A DNA stretch of 64,000 nucleotides from an uncultured bacterium (GCA_902802945.1 CADCOC010000003.1:1089-65088); one strand, 5' to 3'. Shown: positions 51,754 to 61,718, counted from the first letter of the stretch. A program made the numbers and translations. The notes: a model not told the origin generated them from the sequence alone.

Positions 51754-52761
51754 ATGAATCAGGCAGAAAAGGAACGCGCCGCGAAAGTCGGCAAGAAGCT
51801 GAACGTCAAGGCCTACATCAAGGCCGAGATCGAGGCGATCCGCGCCCAGGTGGGCGACAAGAGGGTGTTGCTGGCGATGTCCGGCGGCGTCGACAGCTCC
51901 GTGTGCGCGGTGCTGCTCCACAAGGCCATCGGCAAGAACCTCACGTGCGTGTTCGTGGACCACGGCTGCATGCGCCTCAACGAGGCGAAGGAGGTCAAGA
52001 AGGTCTTCAAGGGCAAGTTCGGCATCAACCTCATCCAGATCGACGCCGAGAAGCGTTTCCTCGACAAGGCGAAGGGCATCACCGACCCCGAGCTGAAGCG
52101 CAAGTGCATCGGCGGCGAGTTCATCACGCTGTTCGCCGACGTCGCGCGCGACCTCAAGAAGAAGCTCGGCGACATCGAGTTCCTCGGCCAGGGCACGATC
52201 TACCCCGACATCATCGAGTCCGGCGTGGGCGGACACAAGGCCGTGAAGGCGCACCACAACGTGGGCGGCCTTCCCAAGGACATCATCTTCAAGGGGCTCG
52301 TCGAACCGGTCAAGTACCTCTACAAGGACGAGGTGCGCAAGGTGGGCAAGGCGCTCGGCATCCCCGACGAGATGGTCATGCGCCAGCCGTTCCCTGGTCC
52401 GGGCCTCGCGGTGCGCTGCATCGGCGAGCTCACGAAGGAGAAGCTCGACATCCTGCGCCAGGCGGACTTCATCTTCCGCGACGAGATGCACAAGGCCGGC
52501 CTCGACAAGAAGGCCCAGCAGTTCTTCGCGATCAACACGAACGTCAAGAGCGTCGGCGTGAAGAACGGCGCGCGCACGTTCGGCTACGTGATCGCCATTC
52601 GCGCGATTTCCACGAGCCAGTTCGTGAAGGCCGGCGTCGTCCCGCTGCCGTTCGCGTTCGTCACGAAGGTGGCCGAGAAGATCGCCACCAAGGTCAAGGG
52701 CGCCAACCGCGTGGTGTGGGACATCACGCCGAAGCCCCCGGCCACGATCGAGTGGGAGTAA
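51754..52761 (+). CDS. guaA: GMP synthase ATP-pyrophosphatase + dimerisation domains only (no glutamine amidotransferase domain)
   Basis: RBS-like AAGGAAAAGGAAAAA upstream of ATG 51754. PP-loop LLAMSGGVDSSV; HHNVGGLP; LVEPVKYLYKDEVRKVGKALGIP; QPFPGPGLAVR; C-terminal IEWE. No GATase motifs are present upstream of 51754. Confidence 0.85.
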   Translation: MNQAEKERAAKVGKKLNVKAYIKAEIEAIRAQVGDKRVLLAMSGGVDSSVCAVLLHKAIGKNLTCVFVDHGCMRLNEAKEVKKVFKGKFGINLIQIDAEKRFLDKAKGITDPELKRKCIGGEFITLFADVARDLKKKLGDIEFLGQGTIYPDIIESGVGGHKAVKAHHNVGGLPKDIIFKGLVEPVKYLYKDEVRKVGKALGIPDEMVMRQPFPGPGLAVRCIGELTKEKLDILRQADFIFRDEMHKAGLDKKAQQFFAINTNVKSVGVKNGARTFGYVIAIRAISTSQFVKAGVVPLPFAFVTKVAEKIATKVKGANRVVWDITPKPPATIEWE

Positions 52762-52764
52762 GCG

Positions 52765-53958
52765 GTGAAGGCGAAGTCCTCCGTGAACATGGTGATCGCC
52801 CAGTCGGGCGGTCCCTCCATGGTGATCAACCAGTCCCTCGTCGGCGCGGTGCTGGCCGCCCGCGCCGCGAAGGGCATTGGCAAAATCCTCGGCGCACGCC
52901 ACGGAATCGCCGGCATCCTCGCCGGCGACTACGTGGACCTGCGCAAGCCGTCCGTCGCGAAGCTGAACGCCATCGCCGACACGCCGAGTTCCGCGCTCGG
53001 CAGCTGTCGGCTCAAGCCGTCGGCGGACGACTGCCGCAAGATCTTCGAGGCGTTCCGTCGCCGGAAGGTCGGCTACTTCTTCTACATCGGCGGCAACGAC
53101 TCCGCCGACGCCGCGCGCATCGTGGCGGAGGAGGCCGAGAAGGAGGGCTATCCGCTCGTCTGCTACCACATCCCCAAGACGATCGACAACGACCTGCGCA
53201 GTTGCGACCACACGCCTGGCTTCGGCTCGGCCGCGCGGTTCGTGGCGTGCGCGCTCAAGGGCGATGACCTCGACAACCGCGCGCTCGGCGGCGTGAAGAT
53301 CGACGTGATCATGGGACGCGACGCGGGCTTTCTCACGGCGGCGTCCGCGCTTGCCCGCGAGAACCGCGGGGACGGTCCGCACCTCATCTACCTGCCAGAG
53401 CGTCCGTTCTCGCTCGACGGGTTCGTGAAGGACGTGCAGGCCGTGATGAAGAAGGAAGGCCGCTGCGTGGTGGCCGTCTCGGAGGGTATCCGCGACGCGC
53501 AGGGCGAACTGTTCGCGAAGAAGTTCGCGGGCGGCGAACGCGACTCCCACGGCAACCTCCAGCTCTCGGGCACCGGCGCGCTCGGCGACTTCCTCGCGAA
53601 GCACCTGAAGTCCGAGGCGGGCGTCTCGCGCGTGCGCGCGGACACCTTCGGCTACTTGCAGCGCTCGTTCCCGGGTATCGCCTCGAAGACGGACCAGAAG
53701 GAGGCGCGCGCCGCCGGAGCCGCCGCCGTGAAGGCCGCGCTGAAGGGGAAGCTCACGAAGGGCACCATCGCCATCGTGCGCAAGCCGGGCGCGAAGTATG
53801 CCGTCACGTTCGAGGCGCAGCCCGTCGCGAACGCCGCGAAGTACACGCGCAGCGTGCCGGACGCGTTCATCGCGCCGAACGGACACGACGTCACGAAGGC
53901 GTTCCTCGCCTACGCACGCCCGATCGTCGGTACCCTGCCACACAGCGAAATCCTCTAG
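52765..53958 (+). CDS. 6-phosphofructokinase, PfkA-family (probably PPi-dependent type)
   Basis: VIAQSGGPSMVINQS, FFYIGGNDSADAA, IPKTIDNDL and MGRDAGFLTAA. GTG start at 52765, 4 nt after the guaA stop. Confidence 0.8.
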   Translation: MKAKSSVNMVIAQSGGPSMVINQSLVGAVLAARAAKGIGKILGARHGIAGILAGDYVDLRKPSVAKLNAIADTPSSALGSCRLKPSADDCRKIFEAFRRRKVGYFFYIGGNDSADAARIVAEEAEKEGYPLVCYHIPKTIDNDLRSCDHTPGFGSAARFVACALKGDDLDNRALGGVKIDVIMGRDAGFLTAASALARENRGDGPHLIYLPERPFSLDGFVKDVQAVMKKEGRCVVAVSEGIRDAQGELFAKKFAGGERDSHGNLQLSGTGALGDFLAKHLKSEAGVSRVRADTFGYLQRSFPGIASKTDQKEARAAGAAAVKAALKGKLTKGTIAIVRKPGAKYAVTFEAQPVANAAKYTRSVPDAFIAPNGHDVTKAFLAYARPIVGTLPHSEIL

Positions 53959-53968
53959 AACTGTTGTC

Positions 53969-54760
53969 ATGCAAATCGAAGCACACGCCAAAATCAACCT
54001 CACGCTTGAGGTGCTCGGGACGCGTCCCGACGGCTACCACGAACTGCGGAGCATCGTCGCGGCGATTCCGCTCCATGACGACGTGGAGCTACAGGACGCG
54101 CCGACGGGCGAAGTGTCGGTGGAGATGGTAGGTGACGGTCTGGAGATACCGGACGTGCCGCCGGAGAAGAACCTCGCCGTGCGCGCGGCGCGCGCCTTGC
54201 AGAAGGCGTGCGGCGTTGCGCGCGGCGTGCGCATCCGCATCGTCAAACGCATCCCCGCCGGAGCGGGGCTGGGTGGCGGCTCGGCGGATGCCGCCGTCGT
54301 GCTGAACGGACTGAACGAGCTGTGGGGGTTGGAGCTATCGACGGAGCGTTTGTGCGCGGTTGGCGCGGAGGTGGGGTCGGATGTTCCGGCGCTCGTGTTG
54401 GGGGGTGTGGTGATGATGGAAGGGAGAGGAGAGAGGGTGAGGGCGTGGGATGCGGGCGAGACGCCCGCATCATATTTGCGGGCACAGAGGCCCGCCACCC
54501 CAGCGGGAGGGCCGCGCTTGTCGCGGCCTTTCGATGAAAATTTCGTTTTGCGCATTCCGGATGTCAATGCGTCGACGGCGCGGGTATATGCGGAGTTTCG
54601 CGAAGAGGATCGCGGGAAGTGCCGAAACGATTTGCAGCCGGCGGCGTGTCGGCTCTATCCAGTCATTGCCGAAACAATCGCGGAGATGGAGTCGGAAGGG
54701 CTGGAGGGCGTCCAGATGTCCGGCAGCGGCAGCGCCGTGTTCGGGTGGAGGAAAGAGTAA
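53969..54760 (+). CDS. ispE: 4-diphosphocytidyl-2-C-methyl-D-erythritol kinase
   Basis: MQIEAHAKINLTLEVLGTRPDGYHELRSI... and the GHMP kinase motif IPAGAGLGGGSADAA. The ORF-track extension upstream overlaps pfk and is rejected. Confidence 0.85.
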   Translation: MQIEAHAKINLTLEVLGTRPDGYHELRSIVAAIPLHDDVELQDAPTGEVSVEMVGDGLEIPDVPPEKNLAVRAARALQKACGVARGVRIRIVKRIPAGAGLGGGSADAAVVLNGLNELWGLELSTERLCAVGAEVGSDVPALVLGGVVMMEGRGERVRAWDAGETPASYLRAQRPATPAGGPRLSRPFDENFVLRIPDVNASTARVYAEFREEDRGKCRNDLQPAACRLYPVIAETIAEMESEGLEGVQMSGSGSAVFGWRKE

Positions 54761-54762
54761 CG

Positions 54763-55359
54763 ATGAAAGTCATTGCAGGATTGGGCAATCCGGGCGCACA
54801 GTATGCGAACACGCCGCACTCGATTGGCTTCGAGGTGGTGAACGCCATCGCGCAGGAGATTGGCGCCACGTGGCAGGCATCGGCGTCGTTCAAGGGAGAA
54901 CTCGCCACGGGGATGTTCGCGGGGCAGAAGGTGTTGCTCTTGAAGCCCATGACGTACATGAACCTCTCGGGCGACTCCGTGGCGCCCGTCGTGCGCTACC
55001 ACAACGCGACGCCGGCGGATTTGCTTGTCGTTTCCGACGATATTGACTTGCCCGTGGGCCGTATCCGCATCCGCGTGGGCGGAAGCGCGGGCGGACACAA
55101 CGGTCTCAAGAGTATCATCGAGCGCGTGGGGACGTCGGCGTTTACGCGTCTGCGCGTGGGCGTAGGACGCGACACGCACGACCGGTCGGAGGTGATCGGA
55201 CACGTGCTCGGGAAGTTCGATCCCGACACGCGCGCAGTCATGGACAAGGTCGTGCCGGCGGCCGTACAAGCGGTGGCGGCGATCATCTCTTCCACGCCCC
55301 AGGCGGCGATGAACGCATGGAACGGCTGGTCGGCCGTTCCCCAAACGCCTAATGCCTAG
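54763..55359 (+). CDS. pth: peptidyl-tRNA hydrolase
   Basis: MKVIAGLGNPGAQYANTPHSIGF..., LLKPMTYMNLSG, and GGSAGGHNGLKSI. Confidence 0.9.
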   Translation: MKVIAGLGNPGAQYANTPHSIGFEVVNAIAQEIGATWQASASFKGELATGMFAGQKVLLLKPMTYMNLSGDSVAPVVRYHNATPADLLVVSDDIDLPVGRIRIRVGGSAGGHNGLKSIIERVGTSAFTRLRVGVGRDTHDRSEVIGHVLGKFDPDTRAVMDKVVPAAVQAVAAIISSTPQAAMNAWNGWSAVPQTPNA

Positions 55360-55443
55360 ACTGGGTCAAATGCCGCAAAACCTTGCCGATACCCCCTGGA
55401 AGGGGCCCGAAAAAGAAGTTTTCATTACTTTGAAGGTTCCCCC

Positions 55444-55472
55444 TTGTCAATCCGCCGCCGATATACTATAAT
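55444..55472 (+). promoter_or_regulatory. near-consensus sigma70-type promoter upstream of secDF
   Basis: TTGTCA (55444-55449), a 17-nt spacer, and TATAAT (55467-55472), about 40 nt upstream of ATG 55511. Confidence 0.5.
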
Positions 55473-55510
55473 ATTCGTTCCGTTTCTTAAGGACAAATGA
55501 GGTTTAAAAA

Positions 55511-58051
55511 ATGAGTTTCGATTCATCGATTCGTGAAAACGCTTGGAAATGGCTGGTTCTGCTGGCCGTTGCGATCTTTTCCGTCTGCGTGACGACGCCG
55601 CTGGGCGAGAAGATTCGCCTAGGGCTTGACCTGAAGGGCGGCACGTCCTTCACCCTCGGCGTGGACGAGGAGGCGCTTCGTGAATCCGTGATGGCACAGG
55701 TCGCGGATACGAACGACACGGCGTCCATCCAGGCCAAAGTCGAGGAGGCGCTGGCCGGCTGCGACGACCGCATCGTAGAGGTGGTGCGCCGCCGCGTGGA
55801 CGGCATGGGCATGAACGAGCCCGTGATCCAGGGCATGAAGGGCCATCGCCTTCTCGTGCAGCTGCCGGGCATTGACGACGCCACGCGCGCAGAGGCTAAG
55901 CGTTCGCTGCAGAGCGCCTCTTACCTTGAATTCCGTCTCACGCATCCCCGCAACCAGGAACTCGCCAGCAAGCTGATGTCGTCCGGCAAGATTCCCGAAG
56001 GCTACGTGCTCAGCTCGGCAGGCGAGGGCTTCGCCCGCGCGACGAACTATGTGGCGATTGCCAAGCGGCCCGGCTACAAGACGCGCCTCAGCTCCTTCGG
56101 CAAGCCACCGCAGGGCTACCAGTTCATGCTGGAGAAGGGCAAGGACGGCTCCTACCATCCGAACTACGTTAGCCGCAAGACGGAGCTGACGGGCGAGTAC
56201 CTCGTCTCGGCTCGCGTCGAGCGTGACCAGGTGGGGCGTCCCGTGGTCGGCTTCAAGCTCAACAGCAAGGGCGGCAACCTCATGCGCAAACTCACGCGCA
56301 ACTACATCGCCCATGGCGCGAAGAACTCCACCGACCGCGGCCGCGAGCTCGCGATCATCCTGGACGGCACGCTCATTTCCGCACCGGTTCTCCAGAGCGA
56401 GATCGAGACGCAGGGACAGATTTCCGGCAGCTTCGACATACCGGAGGCGCAGCGTCTCGCGAACGACCTCAACGCCGGCGCGCTGCCCGTGCCGCTCAAG
56501 TTGCTCGCCGAGGAGTCCGTCTCGCCGACGGTGGGCGAGGACGCGAAGCAGGCCGGCATGGTGGCCGCCATGCTCGGTTTTGCGCTGGTCGCGCTATTCA
56601 TGCTCGTCTACTACTGGTATGCCGGCTTGATTGCCGACGTCGCGCTGTTACTTGACATCGTCCTCCTCCCCGCCGCGCTCGTTATCGTGGCGAACGTGCT
56701 CGGCGTGTTCGCGAAGGACGCCTCGATGGGCGCGACTGGTTCGCTCCAGCTGCCAGTCCTCACGATGCCCGGCATCGCGGGCATCGTCCTCACGCTCGGC
56801 ATGGCCGTGGACGCGAACGTGATCATCTTCGAGCGCATCCGCGAGGAGTTTGCCAACAAGGTCTCCGTCGGTACCGCAATCAAGAACGGCTACGGACGCG
56901 CCTTCACCGCGATTCTCGACTCGAACATCACGACGATCGTCACGGGTATCATCCTCTTCATCGTCGGTACGGGTCCGGTGCGAGGTTTCGCCATCACCCT
57001 CACGGCTGGCGTGGTCATTTCGATGTTCACGGCAGTGGTCGTCACGCGCCTCGTGTTCGAGAAGACGTCGAACCCCGATTCCATGAAGCCCTTCAAGATG
57101 CTCAACATCTTCAAGAAGGTTCCGAACATCGATTTCGTGAAGATCGGCAGGACCGCGCTTATCGCCTCCGCCGCAGTGGTTGTGATTTCGATCGCCATCT
57201 TCGGCATCCGCGCGGCCGTGAAGCCCGCGTCGGTTCTCGCCGTGGACCTCACGGGCGGCACCTCGATCGTGTTTGACGTGAAGGACGGCAAGATGCCTGC
57301 GGTCGCCGACGTGCGCAAGACGCTTGACCCGTTCGACAACGCCACGGTCATCCAGACCCAGGGCGCCGACAAGCTCCTCGTCAAGACGGGCTACACGTCC
57401 GACAATGCGAAGGACAAGGGCGTCACGGATGTGGCGGGCCATGTGACTAAGCTGCTCCAGGGCGCGTTCCCTGACTCCGGCATCCAGATCCGCGACGCCA
57501 GCGAAATCGGTTCGGTCGTTGGTGCGGACCTCAAGAAGTCCGGCACGTGGGCCGTGATCTTCTCGCTCTGCGCGATCCTGATCTACGTCGCCTTCCGCTT
57601 CGAGTTCGGCTTCGGCCTCGGCGCCCTCGTGGCGCTCGCGCACGACGCGCTGATCTCGCTCGGCCTCTTCTCGCTCTGCGGACGTCAGGTCTCCCTGCTC
57701 GTCATCACCGCGCTCCTCACGATCATCGGCTACTCGGTGAACGACACGATCGTGGTGTTCGACCGCATCCGCGAGGACCTGCGCCGCGACCAGAAGAGCA
57801 CGTTCATCGACCTCTGCAACCGCGCCCTCAACGAGTGCCTGAGCCGTACGGTGATCACCTCGATCACCACGTTCTTCGCCGTGCTCGCGCTCTTCGCGTT
57901 CGGCGACGGCTCGATTTTCGACTTCGCGCTCACGATGCTCATCGGCGTGGTCGCTGGTACCTACTCCTCTGTGTTCATCGCGACGCCGATCATGATGTGG
58001 TTCTACAAAGGCCGCCGTCCGAAGTTCACGGCCGAGGGAACCTCGAAGTAA
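55511..58051 (+). CDS. secDF: protein translocase subunit SecDF (fused SecD-SecF)
   Basis: 846 aa. SecD hallmark LGLDLKGGTSF, a large periplasmic domain, two 6-TM RND-like bundles, and the SecF-type C-terminus (VNDTIVVFDRIRE). Confidence 0.9.
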   Translation: MSFDSSIRENAWKWLVLLAVAIFSVCVTTPLGEKIRLGLDLKGGTSFTLGVDEEALRESVMAQVADTNDTASIQAKVEEALAGCDDRIVEVVRRRVDGMGMNEPVIQGMKGHRLLVQLPGIDDATRAEAKRSLQSASYLEFRLTHPRNQELASKLMSSGKIPEGYVLSSAGEGFARATNYVAIAKRPGYKTRLSSFGKPPQGYQFMLEKGKDGSYHPNYVSRKTELTGEYLVSARVERDQVGRPVVGFKLNSKGGNLMRKLTRNYIAHGAKNSTDRGRELAIILDGTLISAPVLQSEIETQGQISGSFDIPEAQRLANDLNAGALPVPLKLLAEESVSPTVGEDAKQAGMVAAMLGFALVALFMLVYYWYAGLIADVALLLDIVLLPAALVIVANVLGVFAKDASMGATGSLQLPVLTMPGIAGIVLTLGMAVDANVIIFERIREEFANKVSVGTAIKNGYGRAFTAILDSNITTIVTGIILFIVGTGPVRGFAITLTAGVVISMFTAVVVTRLVFEKTSNPDSMKPFKMLNIFKKVPNIDFVKIGRTALIASAAVVVISIAIFGIRAAVKPASVLAVDLTGGTSIVFDVKDGKMPAVADVRKTLDPFDNATVIQTQGADKLLVKTGYTSDNAKDKGVTDVAGHVTKLLQGAFPDSGIQIRDASEIGSVVGADLKKSGTWAVIFSLCAILIYVAFRFEFGFGLGALVALAHDALISLGLFSLCGRQVSLLVITALLTIIGYSVNDTIVVFDRIREDLRRDQKSTFIDLCNRALNECLSRTVITSITTFFAVLALFAFGDGSIFDFALTMLIGVVAGTYSSVFIATPIMMWFYKGRRPKFTAEGTSK

Positions 58052-58058
58052 CGCCGAT

Positions 58059-59837
58059 GTGGAAGCTGCGGAACACCAGACCGTCGGGGTCGTCGAACCT
58101 CATGTAACGACGCTCACGCTGCCGTCCGGGGGCTTTCGCCTCGAGGACGGCGGCACCCTCGCGCGCATCGACGTGGCGTGGGAAAGCTGCGGACTCGAGC
58201 GCCCCGAGAACGACAACGTCATCTTCATCTGCCACGCACTCACCGGCGACGCGCATGTTGCCGGACGCCACTCCGGCGAGGAGTCCGCAAGCGGCTGGTG
58301 GGATTCCGTTGTCGGCCCGGGTAAGGCCATCGACACGAACCGCTACCGAGTTGTGTGCGCGAACGTGCTCGGCGGCTGCAAAGGCACGACCGGCCCCTCT
58401 TCAACGAATCCGGCCACGGGCCGTCCCTACGGCTCGTCGTTCCCTCGCTTCACGATTGGCGACACGGTTGAGGTGTACCGCGCGTTCCTGCGCGAAATCG
58501 GCGTCACGCACCTCGCGGGACTCGTCGGCGGTAGCTTTGGCGGCATTCAGGTGATCGAGTGGATCACCGCGCATCCGGGCGAAGTGGACAAGGCGGTGAT
58601 GATCGCCTCCGGCGCGGCGCTCAACGCGCAGGCGCTCGCGTTCGACATCGTGGGCCGCTACGCGATCACGCTCGATCCGGACTGGAAGGGCGGCGATTAC
58701 TACAACGACGGCCCAGGTCCGCGCATGGGCCTTGCGCAGGCGCGCCAGGTCGCGCACATCACCTACCTTTCCCTCGATCTCCTCAACCGGCGCTTCGGGC
58801 GCAAACAGCAGGAGGACTGGCTCAGGCGCGGCAAGGAATGGCTGGAGGAACACGCCGCGCGCTTCGGCACAACCTTCGCGATCGAGAGCTACCTTGAGTA
58901 CCAGGCGCGCAAGTTCCTCGCGCGCTTCGACGCGAACTCCTATCTTCAGATCACGCACGCAATGGACCGCTACGACGCGGCTGCGAAATACGGTTCGCTC
59001 GACGACGTGTGTCGGCGGATTACGTCACGTCTCTTGCTCGTCTCCATCTCCGGCGACTGGCTCTTCTCCGAGGAGCAGAGCCGCACGATCGCCTCGTGCA
59101 TGCTGCGCCAGGGGAAATCCGTCTGCTACGCGCATCTCGACATCAAAGTGGGCCACGACGGTTTCCTCACGCACACGAAGGAGCTCAGCAAGCTGATGGG
59201 AGGTTTCTTCGGAGATGCGTCACGCACGATCTACCCGGAGAAACGTGCGGCGCTCGCGTCCGTGATGGCGCTCGTGCCGGACGGCGCGCGCGTGCTGGAC
59301 GTCGGATGCGGCTCGGGTTCGCTGCTCCATCTTCTCCGAGACGAGAAGCACGTGCGCGGCGCGGGCATCGAGATCGACGGCGACAAGATCGCCGCCGGCG
59401 TCGGTGACGGACTCGACGTGCTCTTCGACGACGCGGATACGGGACTTGACCTCATACCCGACGGCGCTTACGACGTTGCAGTGCTTTCTGAGACGCTTCA
59501 GACGGTCAAGTATCCGCGCGAACTCCTCACGCGGCTTCTCAGCAAGGCAAAGGAGGCCGTCGTCTCGTTCCCGAATTTCGCATCGTACCGCATCCGCCTG
59601 CTGCTTCTTTTCCGTGGCCACTTGCCCGTGAACCCGCAGCTGCCGTTCGAGTGGTACGACACGCCCAACATCCACGTCGTGACACTAAAGGATTTCCGTG
59701 CGCTCTGCGCGAAGAGTGGACTCGTGATTCGCGAGATACGCACTGAGTCAAACCACTTCTTCGGACGTCTGCTCTGCGCGCTCGGACTCAAGAACCTCGG
59801 CGCCTCGCGCGTGGTTGCGCGCATATCCCGAAATTGA
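58059..59837 (+). CDS. metX: homoserine O-acetyltransferase fused to a MetW domain
   Basis: MetX motifs: NVIFICHALTGDAHVAG, GGSFGG, and an alpha/beta hydrolase fold. The C-terminal ~200 aa carry MetW hallmarks: VLDVGCGSGSLL and EWYDTPNIHVVTLKDF. GTG start. Confidence 0.8.
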   Translation: MEAAEHQTVGVVEPHVTTLTLPSGGFRLEDGGTLARIDVAWESCGLERPENDNVIFICHALTGDAHVAGRHSGEESASGWWDSVVGPGKAIDTNRYRVVCANVLGGCKGTTGPSSTNPATGRPYGSSFPRFTIGDTVEVYRAFLREIGVTHLAGLVGGSFGGIQVIEWITAHPGEVDKAVMIASGAALNAQALAFDIVGRYAITLDPDWKGGDYYNDGPGPRMGLAQARQVAHITYLSLDLLNRRFGRKQQEDWLRRGKEWLEEHAARFGTTFAIESYLEYQARKFLARFDANSYLQITHAMDRYDAAAKYGSLDDVCRRITSRLLLVSISGDWLFSEEQSRTIASCMLRQGKSVCYAHLDIKVGHDGFLTHTKELSKLMGGFFGDASRTIYPEKRAALASVMALVPDGARVLDVGCGSGSLLHLLRDEKHVRGAGIEIDGDKIAAGVGDGLDVLFDDADTGLDLIPDGAYDVAVLSETLQTVKYPRELLTRLLSKAKEAVVSFPNFASYRIRLLLLFRGHLPVNPQLPFEWYDTPNIHVVTLKDFRALCAKSGLVIREIRTESNHFFGRLLCALGLKNLGASRVVARISRN

Positions 59838-59891
59838 CCTGTGCTCGACGTACGGGTTTCATTGATGGAAGAACTAAAAAAGGAGAGAGAA

Positions 59892-61049
59892 ATGTTTAAC
59901 CTCAAGAGAACCCTGGTGGCTTCGGCCGCGATTCTGGCCACGCTGACCGCAGTGGCGGACGCCGTGAAGTACGACCCGCGCATGGCGTTGGAAAAATCGG
60001 TCACGGAGAAGGGCGTGCGCTGGATCGACGGCAAGCTCCTGCCGATCGAAGGGCGCGCGTTCGACAACGTGGACCACTACTACGACCGCCTTCCCTCCAA
60101 CGTCACGGCGAAAGTGAACGGAGGCGTGCGGGCGATGCGGCACCACACGGCCGGTATGCAGTTCCGTTTCACGACCGACTCGAAGAAGCTGCACTTCAAG
60201 TGGGTCCCCTACAAGGCGGGGCTGTCGATGGACCACATGCCCTCGACCGGCGTGAGCGGGATTGACGTGTATCAGCAGACGCCGGACGGCGTGTGGCGCT
60301 ACGTGAAGACGGGACGCATCACCAACGCAAAGGGCGGTTCGCTTACCATAGACTGGACGCCCGGCACGCCGTGCCTCGTGAACCTTCCGCTCTACAACGG
60401 CGTCAAGTCATTCTCCCTCGGCATCGATCCGAACGCGAAGATTTCGTCCGCGCCGCCGCACCGTGGCGCGTCGAAGCCCGTCGTGTTCTACGGCACGTCG
60501 ATTACGCACGGCGGCTGCGCGTCGCGTCCCGGCCTCGCGTTCGTGAACGTGGTGGGCCGCACGCTCGATGTGCCCGTCGTCAATCTCGGCTTCTCAGGGT
60601 CGGGCGTGATGGAGTACGAGATGAGCGAGCACCTCGCGGCGATCGACGCGAGCTGCTACGTGCTCGACTGCCTCTGGAACATGGGGATGACGAAGGCGGA
60701 TGACGTTAACAACCGGCGCGGGCGCAACGTCGACGAGAACTACGAGCCGTTCATACGCAACCTGCGCGCGAAGCGTCCGAACGTGCCGATCGTGATGGCG
60801 GAGCGCTGCGACGTGTATTGCCGTCCGCAGAACAGCCAGGACAAGTTCATCCGCAAGCTCTACGAGAAGCTGATTGCGGAAGGCTGGACGAATCTCGTGT
60901 ATCTTCCCAAGGACAAGATGTACATCGGCGACCTGGAGGGCACCGTTGACGGCTGCCATCCGAACGATTGGGGCATGATGTCGATGGGGAAGGCCTTCTC
61001 CGCAGGCGTTGCGCAGGCCCTGCATCTCCCTGCGCCGAGGGACAACTGA
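59892..61049 (+). CDS. secreted SGNH/GDSL-type esterase with N-terminal beta-sandwich-like domain
   Basis: RBS AAGGAGAGAG. Signal peptide (LVASAAILATLTAVADA). Block I VVFYGTSITHGG and block V VDGCHPNDWG. Confidence 0.6.
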   Translation: MFNLKRTLVASAAILATLTAVADAVKYDPRMALEKSVTEKGVRWIDGKLLPIEGRAFDNVDHYYDRLPSNVTAKVNGGVRAMRHHTAGMQFRFTTDSKKLHFKWVPYKAGLSMDHMPSTGVSGIDVYQQTPDGVWRYVKTGRITNAKGGSLTIDWTPGTPCLVNLPLYNGVKSFSLGIDPNAKISSAPPHRGASKPVVFYGTSITHGGCASRPGLAFVNVVGRTLDVPVVNLGFSGSGVMEYEMSEHLAAIDASCYVLDCLWNMGMTKADDVNNRRGRNVDENYEPFIRNLRAKRPNVPIVMAERCDVYCRPQNSQDKFIRKLYEKLIAEGWTNLVYLPKDKMYIGDLEGTVDGCHPNDWGMMSMGKAFSAGVAQALHLPAPRDN

Positions 61050-61065
61050 GCGGCCGAGAGGCCTT

Positions 61066-61707
61066 TTACGAAGGTATCAATTTCGGGGCGGCGGGGTTGC
61101 CGAACACCGTAGTCCCGGCGGGGACGTTGAGCAGCACCACGCTGCCGATGCCCACGACGGCGTTTTCGCCGATGGTGCGGTTGGGCACGATGCGCGCGCC
61201 GGGATACACGGCCGCGCCGTTGCCGATCCGCACGTTGCCGCCGATCGAGCAGAGCGAGTAGACGTGCGCGAAGTCGCCCACGGACGAGTCGTGTCCGATC
61301 TCCGTGCCGTGGAAGATGTCTGCGTGGCGTCCGACTGCGATATCCACCGTGAGCACCACGTTGTGCGCGATAAACGAGCCGGGGCCGACGGTGACGTTCT
61401 GTCCGAGCGAGGCGGAGCGGTGGATCACGGAGATGAACGTGCCGCCGCGTTTTTCGATCAGCTCCACGCAGCGGCGGCGGGAGGCGATGTTGCCGAGCGC
61501 GGTGATGAACACGTCGTTTGGCTGAACGGCGTAGTCTTCGGGCGAACCGAGAATGGACGGGTAGCCGGTGAAGCGGTCGAGCGCGGCGGGGTTCGCGTCG
61601 AGGAAGCCTTTCACGCGGAACTGCTCGCCGAAGCCGACAGCCTCGCGCGCCGCGCTGAAGAGTTCGCGTCCGAATCCGCCCGCTCCGATGATGACGAGGT
61701 TCTTCAT
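61066..61707 (-). CDS. NeuD/PglB-type hexapeptide-repeat sugar O/N-acyltransferase
   Basis: N-terminal Rossmann-like MKNLVIIGAGGFGREL, then left-handed beta-helix repeats (IGHDSSVGDFAHV..IGGNVRIGNGAAV). The start is set at ATG 61707 rather than the track's 61770. Confidence 0.7.
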   Translation of the reverse strand: MKNLVIIGAGGFGRELFSAAREAVGFGEQFRVKGFLDANPAALDRFTGYPSILGSPEDYAVQPNDVFITALGNIASRRRCVELIEKRGGTFISVIHRSASLGQNVTVGPGSFIAHNVVLTVDIAVGRHADIFHGTEIGHDSSVGDFAHVYSLCSIGGNVRIGNGAAVYPGARIVPNRTIGENAVVGIGSVVLLNVPAGTTVFGNPAAPKLIPS

Positions 61708-61718
61708 GCCGTCTCCCG

